Assembly: GCA_963818535.1 (NCBI GenBank)
Contig: CAWFSM010000008.1
Location: 760,892 to 824,891, forward strand
Source of the DNA: an uncultured delta proteobacterium
GTDB lineage: Bacteria > Myxococcota > Myxococcia > Myxococcales > Anaeromyxobacteraceae
DNA length: 64,000 nt
Direction of reading: 5' to 3'
In this document: in pieces, positions 57,065-64,000 of the stretch
Layout: every line of letters starts with the position of its first letter
How positions within the stretch are numbered: the stretch's first letter is position 1
Notes under the pieces: generated by a model
What the model saw: the letters and a program-made list of their open reading frames with translations, nothing else
The model's database searches: none
Told to the model about the DNA's origin: nothing
Program-made: the position numbers and the translations under genes

Positions 57065-58597
57065 CTACTGCGAGAACCCCTCGAGGAGGTAGTGGTTCTC
57101 GATCCTGCGAAGGGCGAGCGCCATGGCGGCGGTGCGCATGTCGACCTTCTTGCCCACGACGAAGCGGCGCGAGTCGTAGAGCGGGGTCTTCTGCGGGCTG
57201 TCGGTCGAGATGTCGTGGATGATGCCGAAGTTGGCCTTGATGGCGCGCTCCAGGCGGTTGTTCACCTCGGCCTCGCTCCAGTGCTCCATGCGCAGGTTCT
57301 GGAGCCACTCGTAGTAGGAGACGGTGACGCCGCCGGCGTTGCAGATGATGTCCGGGATGAGGTCGATCTTGCGGTCGCGCAGCACCCGGTCGCCATCGGG
57401 GGTGGTCGGACCGTTGGCGGCCTCGGCCACGACCTGGACCTTGAGCCCCTCGGCCACGTCGCCGGTGATGGTGCCACCGAGCGCGGCGGGGATCGCGATC
57501 TCGGCGTCGAGCTTCCAGAAGTCGTCGCGCGAGAGCTTGGACCCACCCGTGAACCCCTCCACCGAGCGCCGGAGGTTCTCCGGCTCCGCGGCGTGGGCGA
57601 GGAGGGCCGGGATGTCGAGCCCCTTCTCGTTCACGATGGTGGCGTAGGCGTCCTGCACGCCCACGACCTTCGCTCCCATGGCGTGGAGGATCTCGGCGGA
57701 AGCCGTCCCCACGTTGCCGAAGCCCTGCACCAGGACGCGCTTGCCGGCCAGGCTCTCGCCGCGCCAGCGTGCCCACTCCTCGAGGCAGTACACCGTGCCC
57801 TGGCCGGTGGCCTTGGCGCGTCCCTCGGAACCGCCGATGCGGACGTCCTTGCCGGTGACCACGCCCCGCATGGCGTGCGGCATCCTCTCCCCGTCGGTGA
57901 ACTGGCGCATCATGATGGCCATGATCTCGGGGTTGGTGTTCACGTCGGGGGCCGGGATGTCGACGTAGGGCCCGATGACGTTCTTCAGCTTGTAGATGAA
58001 GCGGAGCGTGACGTGCTCGAGCTCCTCCTTCGAATACGCGGAGGGGTCGATGCGGACGCCGCCCTTTGCCCCGCCGAAGGGGATGTCGGCGATGGCCGTC
58101 TTCCAGGTCATGTCGGCGGCCAGCGCCTTGAACAGGTCGAGCGAGACGTCCTTGTGGTAGCGGACGCCACCCTTGTACGGGCCGCGGACCTGGTTGTACT
58201 GGATGCGGTAGGCCTTGAACTTCTTCGGGCCGCCCTTCTCGATCCGGAAGAGGCCGCGCTTGGGGATGCGCAGCACCCCTTCACGAAGGGTGATGTCGGC
58301 CTTGAGAAGGGCGCGCCGGTGGAGCACGAACTGGCCGTTGGCGAGGGGCTCGAGGGCCTCGCCCGCCTTCACCGACGAGGCGGGCAGGTCCTTGAAGTGG
58401 GCCTCCTCCTCCTTGGTCACCGGCACCAGCCGGTCGCGGGTCTCGATGGTGATGTAGAAGATGTGCTCGAAGTCGGGCTCCTCGAGCTCGAGCCGGACGC
58501 GCGGGTTGAGCTTGATGTGCTCGGCGGCGCGGTAGAACGCCTCCATCGACTCGTCGAAGATGCTCTTCCTGGGACTATCCTTGCGCGACGCCTTCAT
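57065..58597 (-). CDS. gdh: Glu/Leu/Phe/Val-family (glutamate) dehydrogenase, 510 aa, with an N-terminal insertion
   Basis: GPYKGGVRYH, FGGAKGG, and the Rossmann motif GFGNVG. Confidence 0.88.
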   Translation of the reverse strand: MKASRKDSPRKSIFDESMEAFYRAAEHIKLNPRVRLELEEPDFEHIFYITIETRDRLVPVTKEEEAHFKDLPASSVKAGEALEPLANGQFVLHRRALLKADITLREGVLRIPKRGLFRIEKGGPKKFKAYRIQYNQVRGPYKGGVRYHKDVSLDLFKALAADMTWKTAIADIPFGGAKGGVRIDPSAYSKEELEHVTLRFIYKLKNVIGPYVDIPAPDVNTNPEIMAIMMRQFTDGERMPHAMRGVVTGKDVRIGGSEGRAKATGQGTVYCLEEWARWRGESLAGKRVLVQGFGNVGTASAEILHAMGAKVVGVQDAYATIVNEKGLDIPALLAHAAEPENLRRSVEGFTGGSKLSRDDFWKLDAEIAIPAALGGTITGDVAEGLKVQVVAEAANGPTTPDGDRVLRDRKIDLIPDIICNAGGVTVSYYEWLQNLRMEHWSEAEVNNRLERAIKANFGIIHDISTDSPQKTPLYDSRRFVVGKKVDMRTAAMALALRRIENHYLLEGFSQ

Positions 58598-58734
58598 GCC
58601 GCACCTCGAGTAAACGGGTTGGGGAGGGGACGCGTCGGATGCTACGGCCGGTCGACTCCAGAATCAAACTCTTTCCACCCCGTGTTAGGGCTGGAAGTTC
58701 GGGCGCTTACGAGGCCATCGCCGACTACCTTGGG

Positions 58735-59865
58735 TCATCCCCGGAGGGACGTCGCCACCGCCGCCTCGAGCAGTTCGGCGGCGCGGGCCATTGCATCCTC
58801 CACGGCCATCCCGACCGGGGCCGCCTGCACCATCCGGCCGATGCCCCGCGCGAGGACCTCCTCCGCGCCAGGTCCCAGGCTTCCGGACACGAGGAGGACC
58901 GGCACCCCGTGGCGTGCGGCGACCGTCGCCACGCCCACCGGCGCCTTGCCCATCGCCGTCTGGTGGTCGGTTCGCCCCTCGCCGACGATGACCAGGCTCG
59001 CGCCCCGGACCTGCTCGTCGAAGCGCGTCGAGTCGAGGACCAGGTCGATGCCCGGCACCAGGCGGGCCGGCGTGAAGAAGAGGAGCCCGGCCCCGAGCCC
59101 GCCAGCCGCCCCCGCTCCGGGGTGGCGGGCGACGTCCCTCCCGGTAGCCTCGGAGGCGACCAGGGCGTAACGCTCGAGGGCGGCGTCCAGTTCCTCGACG
59201 ACGGCGGGCGTCGCCCCCTTCTGCGGGCCGTAGATCGCGGAGGCACCGCGCGGTCCGGTGAGCGGATTGTCGACGTCGCAGGCGACCAGGATCTCCGCCT
59301 CGGAGAGGCGCGGGTCGACCTTGTCGAGTTCGATGGAGGAGAGCCGGGCCAGGGCGGCGCCGCCCTCGGGGAGCGTCTCGCCGCGGCCGTCGACGAATCG
59401 CACGCCCAGGGCCTTGGCCATGCCGGCGCCGCCGTCGTTGGTGGCGCTTCCGCCGATCCCGATGACGATTCGCCGGAAGCCCTCGTCGAGCGCGGCGCGC
59501 AGCAGTTGCCCGGTCCCGAACGTGGAGGAGACGCGAGGGTCGCGACGTCCCTCCGGGACGAGCGTGATCCCCGAGGCCGCCGCCATCTCGATCACCGCGG
59601 TCCGCCCGTCGCCCAGGACTCCCCATCGGGCGTCCACCGGACGACCCAGCGGTCCGCGGACGGTCCGCGACTCGAAGCGACCCCGGGTCGCGGTGACGAG
59701 CGCATCCACGGTTCCCTCGCCGCCGTCGGCGATGGGGACCTTCACGACCGTGGCATCCGGCCAGGCGGCGAGGACCCCGCGCTCCATGGCGTCCGCGGCC
59801 TGCACGGCCGAGAGGCTCCCCTTGAACGAATCGGGGGCGACGAGGACGCGGCGGGGGACGTTCAC
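58735..59865 (-). CDS. glxK: Glycerate kinase
   Basis: VLVAPDSFKGSL, IADGGEGT, GGSATNDGGAG, GEGRTD. Confidence 0.9.
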   Translation of the reverse strand: MNVPRRVLVAPDSFKGSLSAVQAADAMERGVLAAWPDATVVKVPIADGGEGTVDALVTATRGRFESRTVRGPLGRPVDARWGVLGDGRTAVIEMAAASGITLVPEGRRDPRVSSTFGTGQLLRAALDEGFRRIVIGIGGSATNDGGAGMAKALGVRFVDGRGETLPEGGAALARLSSIELDKVDPRLSEAEILVACDVDNPLTGPRGASAIYGPQKGATPAVVEELDAALERYALVASEATGRDVARHPGAGAAGGLGAGLLFFTPARLVPGIDLVLDSTRFDEQVRGASLVIVGEGRTDHQTAMGKAPVGVATVAARHGVPVLLVSGSLGPGAEEVLARGIGRMVQAAPVGMAVEDAMARAAELLEAAVATSLRG

Positions 59866-60884
59866 GGGGAGGGAGCGCCCAGGCGGACGAGCTGCTTGCC
59901 CTGGTTCTTCCCCTCGAACAGCCGGAGCAGGGCCGCGGGGGCGTTCTCCAGGCCCTGGACGACGTCGACGCGGTCCTTGAGGCGGCCCTCGCGCAGCCAG
60001 CCCGCCAGCGCGGTCACGGCCTCGCCTGCACGGGCCAGGTAGTCGAGGACGAGGAACCCCTCCATGCGGCCCCGCTTCATGACCAGTGCGAGGTAGTTCG
60101 CCGGCCCGCGCGACGGGAGCGCGTCGTTGTAGTGGGCGATGCCGCCGCAGAGGACGATGCGTCCTCGCAGGGCGAGCTGGGAGAGCACGACGTCGAGCAC
60201 CGGTCCGCCGACGTTGTCGAAGAAGACGTCGACGCCCTTCGGGCAGAGGGCGCGCAGCGCATTGCCGACGTTCCCGGCGCGGTAGTCCACCGCGCCGTCG
60301 AGGCCGAGGTCCCGGGTGAGGAAGGCGCACTTCTCCGGTCCACCGGCGATGCCGATGACCCGGCACCCGGCGATCTTGGCGATCTGCGCCGCCGCCGAGC
60401 CGGTCGCCCCGGCCGCGCCCGATACGACCACCGTCTCTCCCGCCTTGGGACGGCCCACGTCGAGCAGCCCGAAGTAGGCGGTCATGCCGGTGAGGCCGAG
60501 GATGCTCATGGCCGTCTCCACGGGGACGCCGGCCGGAACCGGGGTGGGAGAGGAGGGCGAACCGGGCCGGGCGATGGCCCAGTCCTGCCAGCCGAAGAGT
60601 CCCTGGACGAGCTGGCCCGGCTTGAATGCCGGGTGGCGAGACTCGGCCACCTCGCCGACCGCGAAGGAGCGCATGACCTCGCCGATCTTCACCGCCGGGA
60701 GATAGGTGTCCCCGGCCATCCAGCCGCGCTGGGTGGGGTCGACCGAGAGGTAGAGGTTCCGCACCAGGACCTCGCCGTCGGCGGGCTCGGGGGCTGGGGC
60801 CTCGACGAGGCGGAAGTCCTCCGCGGAGACGAGCCCCTCGGGACGGCGGGCGAGCTGCCACTGGCGGTTCACGGGACGGGACAA
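59862..60884 (-). CDS. NADP-dependent oxidoreductase, medium-chain (YncB/CurA, alkenal reductase-like)
   Basis: N-terminal VNRQWQLARRP.G, LYLSVDP, and GAAGATGS. The stop overlaps the glxK start (GTGA). Confidence 0.85.
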   Translation of the reverse strand: MSRPVNRQWQLARRPEGLVSAEDFRLVEAPAPEPADGEVLVRNLYLSVDPTQRGWMAGDTYLPAVKIGEVMRSFAVGEVAESRHPAFKPGQLVQGLFGWQDWAIARPGSPSSPTPVPAGVPVETAMSILGLTGMTAYFGLLDVGRPKAGETVVVSGAAGATGSAAAQIAKIAGCRVIGIAGGPEKCAFLTRDLGLDGAVDYRAGNVGNALRALCPKGVDVFFDNVGGPVLDVVLSQLALRGRIVLCGGIAHYNDALPSRGPANYLALVMKRGRMEGFLVLDYLARAGEAVTALAGWLREGRLKDRVDVVQGLENAPAALLRLFEGKNQGKQLVRLGAPSP

Positions 60885-60932
60885 GGGGACTCCTCCTGAA
60901 CTGCATCCTATGCCGGGCAGCGGAGGAGCGCC

Positions 60933-61322
60933 TCAGGGACGGGTCCCGGGCGGTGGCGGGACGCTCCCGGTGGCCGGCGAGATGCCCAGGGGCAAGGGCG
61001 TGTCCCCCGTGCCGGCCGGCCCGGGCGTCGTCGTGTGCATGGTCGTGCCCGGACGGTTGAGGCACGACGGGGGATCGGATTCCATCCCGATGCAGACCGC
61101 GCCCGGTGATTCGCAGAATCCGTTGCGCGGGTTGCACACGGTGCCTCCCACGCACTGGGCGTAACAGCCACCCGCCGACCTCTGCGCGGCGGCGGCGCCT
61201 GCGGCGAGGGCGGTGTTGATGGCCGCGGAGGGCAACGTGTACCGGGCGGACGAGCCGCAGCCCGCGAGCACCGCCAGGAGGACGGAAAGTGCGGCCGAGG
61301 CCAGCGGTGCAGCGCGCTTCAT
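60933..61322 (-). CDS. Small Cys-containing lipoprotein, function unknown
   Basis: Signal peptide plus lipobox LAVLAGC. Confidence 0.5.
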   Translation of the reverse strand: MKRAAPLASAALSVLLAVLAGCGSSARYTLPSAAINTALAAGAAAAQRSAGGCYAQCVGGTVCNPRNGFCESPGAVCIGMESDPPSCLNRPGTTMHTTTPGPAGTGDTPLPLGISPATGSVPPPPGTRP

Positions 61323-61355
61323 CGCGAGAACGCTACCAAAGGGGTTGGCGCAAGA

Positions 61356-61673
61356 CTACAGGGCGGTCTCGTGGACCGGCATGGCCATGAGTCGGGCGAG
61401 GTTGCCGCTCATGCGGTCCCATCGGGCGAGCAGCGACGCCGAGGAGACGCGGGCGACTCCGCCGCGCTTCGGGTCGATCGGGGAGAGGAAGGTCACGCCT
61501 TCCGGCGCCCGTTCGACCGCTCCGACGATGGTCAAGATGAGGGACCTTCCGTCGACCGCGAGCACGCGGCCCATGACGGAGCCCTCTGCTCCGCGCAGGC
61601 TCCACACCGTCCCAATCCAGGGAGACACGGACATTCGCCCCTCCAGGACCACGCCGTCGGCCGAAGACGGCAT
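61356..61673 (-). CDS. Hypothetical protein (105 aa from the Met at 61673)
   Basis: ORF only; no motif recognised. Confidence 0.3.
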   Translation of the reverse strand: MPSSADGVVLEGRMSVSPWIGTVWSLRGAEGSVMGRVLAVDGRSLILTIVGAVERAPEGVTFLSPIDPKRGGVARVSSASLLARWDRMSGNLARLMAMPVHETAL

Positions 61674-61820
61674 TGCCACACAAATAGTGTGGGTACACGG
61701 AGGGAGCAGGAAAGGGGGCAGGTTGGGTTGACCCGATCGCCCCACCCGGCGTGGCCGACCAGCGCAAGCAGTTGTCCCGGAGGCAATTCCCTGGACTGCT
61801 GGCGCTGGCCGGCCCTCCGG

Positions 61821-62075
61821 TCAGGGGTTGGTCAAGGGTCCACCATCGTCCTTGTCGGCCCATTGCGGGCCGGAAGGGAGGGTATCCATGCCCCTCCGCG
61901 CGAGGCGCCAGGCGTTGCGAACCAGCCACGAGATGCTCCGCTGCTGCCGGCGAGCCTCGGCCCGGATGTCCGCGAGCACGTCGCCGGGGAGGTAGAGGCT
62001 CATCTTCTGTCCCCGCTCGCGGGCGGGTCGGGTGCCGTTGGTGGTTTCTGTCGTGGTTTCGGCGGTCCTTCTCAT
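61821..62075 (-). CDS. Ribbon-helix-helix-like small protein (resembles the Myxococcales TIGR04563 family, from memory)
   Basis: AGGAG 5 nt before the ATG. The core reads KMSLYLPGDVLADIRAEARRQQRSISWLVRNAW. Confidence 0.5.
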   Translation of the reverse strand: MRRTAETTTETTNGTRPARERGQKMSLYLPGDVLADIRAEARRQQRSISWLVRNAWRLARRGMDTLPSGPQWADKDDGGPLTNP

Positions 62076-62534
62076 GTCCACTCCTCTCGCCATCCTTTCG
62101 TTCCCTGCCATCGCCGCGTCGAGACGCTGCGAACGGACCGGGCCGCGTTCACCGAGAGCGACCCGAATGAGGCCTGTATGTGTCCCGTAATCATGGCACA
62201 TGAAAGACCCAAAGAGGGGCCCCTGCAAGGGGTCACAATCGAACGAGGTGTGGGTAGGTGTAGGGAGAGGAGATACCAGACCCGATGATTTTCGGCTGGT
62301 TGACGCGTGGAGCCACAAATCTCGAACTACCCCGACCTAGGGTAGGGGGATGTAGGCAGAAAAGGAAAGGAGGCGGGCCGCTCGGACGGGGCTCGGGGCA
62401 GGGAGTCGCGAGCACCTCATGATCCGGGCGGGTAGCCGCCTCCGAGTTCACGGTGACAGATGCCCGCTCCTCGCGCGAGCGGTCTCAAGGGTTGCCGTGA
62501 CGGGGGCAAGCCGACCGGGTGGGGCCCGGCCGGG

Positions 62535-63074
62535 TCAGCGCGCGGGCGGGTCCTGGCACGCGCCGTTCACGCAGATGCGGTCACCCTTGCAGTCGGTGTC
62601 CTTGCCACAACCGGTGAGGCACGGGGTGGCCGGCGCAGCCGACACCTCGGGCGGAGCGGCTGCCGGAACGGCAACCGGAGCGGGGGGCCGAGGGGGAGCA
62701 GCGGGGGGCGGTGGCGCCTTCACGACCGGTGCGACCAGCACGGGGGCGGCAGGGGGCGGAGCCGGCGCCGCCGGGGTTGGCCCTCCGGAGGCCGGCGATG
62801 GCGTGGTGCCCGGGCTCTCCTCCCGGACCAGGCGTTCGCACCGGGCCTGCGCCTCCGCCGACCGGCGCAGCTCGAAGTCGTACTTCTCCTTCGCACCCGT
62901 GAGCATCTGGCGCTGCATGTCGCTGGGCGGCACGGCCTCGATGGTGGCGACCGCCCCGCGGATCGCCTCCAGGTCCTTCTTCGACTGCGCAACCTCCGCC
63001 TCGCACGGGTGGGGCATGGCCACGGAAGGCAGGGTCAGAGCGAGCGTCACCAGGAGTACGACCGTCGTCCTCAT
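62535..63074 (-). CDS. Secreted proline-rich protein with a C-terminal Cys-knot-like motif
   Basis: Signal peptide MRTTVVLLVTLALTLPSVA, a PAAPxPP low-complexity region, and CLTGCGKDTDCKGDRICVNGAC. Confidence 0.5.
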   Translation of the reverse strand: MRTTVVLLVTLALTLPSVAMPHPCEAEVAQSKKDLEAIRGAVATIEAVPPSDMQRQMLTGAKEKYDFELRRSAEAQARCERLVREESPGTTPSPASGGPTPAAPAPPPAAPVLVAPVVKAPPPPAAPPRPPAPVAVPAAAPPEVSAAPATPCLTGCGKDTDCKGDRICVNGACQDPPAR

Positions 63075-63189
63075 GCCCCGCAGCGTACCAGAATCTGCGA
63101 CGCATGGCCGGCGACCCTGTCCATCCGGGAAAGCAGAAGGCCCTCCAAGCACCGTTCGGGCGGGGAGGGCCATCTGGATCATCGATTTC

Positions 63190-63265
<76 letters not shown>

Positions 63266-63329
63266 GAAGTGCGAGAAACGCGGGGTTTTCTAGCACCGCT
63301 TTCGCGCCCCCGCAAGCGCGTCCGGCTTC

Positions 63330-64000
63330 CTAGAAGGTCTCCCCCAGCGTCACGTAGACCTGCGTCTCCGCGTACGCGTCCGGGGCGTTCCCGGGCGCGA
63401 GCAGCCGCCCCAGCCCCTGTCCCACGCCCACGCGCAGGACGACCGGCAGGTAGAACCCGAGCACCAACTCGACGTTCACCTCGGCGCCGGTGCCGAAGCG
63501 GACCCGTTCCCACCAGGGAAGGCCATCCAGGGGGACCCATGCGTTCCCGGCGTCCAGGAAGAGGGCCCCGGAGATCCGCCGGACGAAGAAGGGCCAGGTC
63601 GAGTAGCCCCACTGCGGCGCGGCGATGGGGAAGCGGAGCTCGAAGGTCCCTGACAGGAGGTGGCTCCCCTGGAAGGCGCCGGACGGGTAGCCGCGAAGCT
63701 GGTCGGGCTGGGAGCCCGCCGTGGCGAATCCCAGCGCGGAGAGGAGGAGCGCCGCCACGTCCGGCTGCGGGACGCCCCCCAGGGAGAACGGATACTGGCC
63801 GCCGAAGGTCCCCTGCGACACCCCGGCGGCGAGGTGGAGGGCGAGGACCCATTGCTTCGTCCCGGGAACGCGGAGGTACCCGTTCCAGGCCACCTCTCCC
63901 CAGGCGTAGTCGTAGTCGCTGCCGAGGACGGGCGAGGTCACCCCGGCCGCCACCGAGGCCTGGAACCCGGAGATGCGGGAGATGCTGTTCACGAACAGTC
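63330..64000 (-). CDS. Omp85/BamA-like outer-membrane beta-barrel protein, C-terminal part; the 5' end lies outside the window
   Basis: Alternating beta-strand pattern, ending in ...YVTLGETF with a terminal Phe. Confidence 0.55.
   Translation of the reverse strand, partial: LFVNSISRISGFQASVAAGVTSPVLGSDYDYAWGEVAWNGYLRVPGTKQWVLALHLAAGVSQGTFGGQYPFSLGGVPQPDVAALLLSALGFATAGSQPDQLRGYPSGAFQGSHLLSGTFELRFPIAAPQWGYSTWPFFVRRISGALFLDAGNAWVPLDGLPWWERVRFGTGAEVNVELVLGFYLPVVLRVGVGQGLGRLLAPGNAPDAYAETQVYVTLGETF

Noticed and set aside
58735-61155. 806 aa minus-strand ORF
   Set aside because: Only the C-terminal 376 aa are glycerate kinase. The upstream part is off-frame over the oxidoreductase gene at 59862..60884.
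62190-62215. TGGCAC motif (catggcacatgaaag) as a sigma-54 -24 element
   Set aside because: It lacks a TTGC -12 element at the correct spacing, and it lies on the + strand with no downstream + strand gene.

Overview
Very GC-rich bacterial chromosomal segment (by eye over 70% G+C; not computed). The gene content looks like Myxococcota: many lipobox lipoproteins, an Hsp70 paralogue, PilZ/HD-GYP signalling, an MJ0042-type zinc ribbon and a TIGR04563-like RHH protein. This taxonomic call is an inference.

Most of the window is core metabolism. It holds the carA 3' end, mdh-sucC-sucD-ndk, rlmN, hom, glpX, eno, thiC and moaA. It also holds a lipoate-centred block (lipA, 2-oxoacid dehydrogenase E1ab/E2, tatD, tcdA, lpdA and a lipB-NUDIX fusion), followed by ask, hutH, a UvrD-family helicase, pheA, grpE, htrA/degQ, gdh and glxK. 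There are two tRNAs: Val-CAC at 43.0 kb and Thr-CGT at 63.2 kb.

Accessory DNA is limited to two places. The first is a ~5.3 kb lower-GC islet directly after tRNA-Val (43.1-48.4 kb), carrying Cys-rich lipoproteins, a decayed IS3 transposase, a PilZ protein and a DUF2007-like ORF. The second is a small-gene patch next to tRNA-Thr (60.9-63.1 kb).

The most conspicuous signal is about 30 apparent single-nucleotide frameshifts in otherwise well-conserved genes (manual count, needs checking). At least 17 of them sit in 15.0-18.6 kb, and hom alone has 7. I read these mainly as sequence or assembly errors rather than gene decay.

I saw no rRNA, no CRISPR array, no intact prophage and no recognisable defence system. 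The candidates I consider most worth follow-up are:
- a double HARE-HTH + Mrr-like nuclease protein with a long charged tail
- the LipB-NUDIX fusion
- the SucD lysine/alanine/proline-rich tail
- the HD-GYP regulator translationally coupled to moaA
- the Cys-rich lipoprotein islet

Many long ORFs in the supplied track are antisense or off-frame shadows typical of high-GC DNA and were not called.
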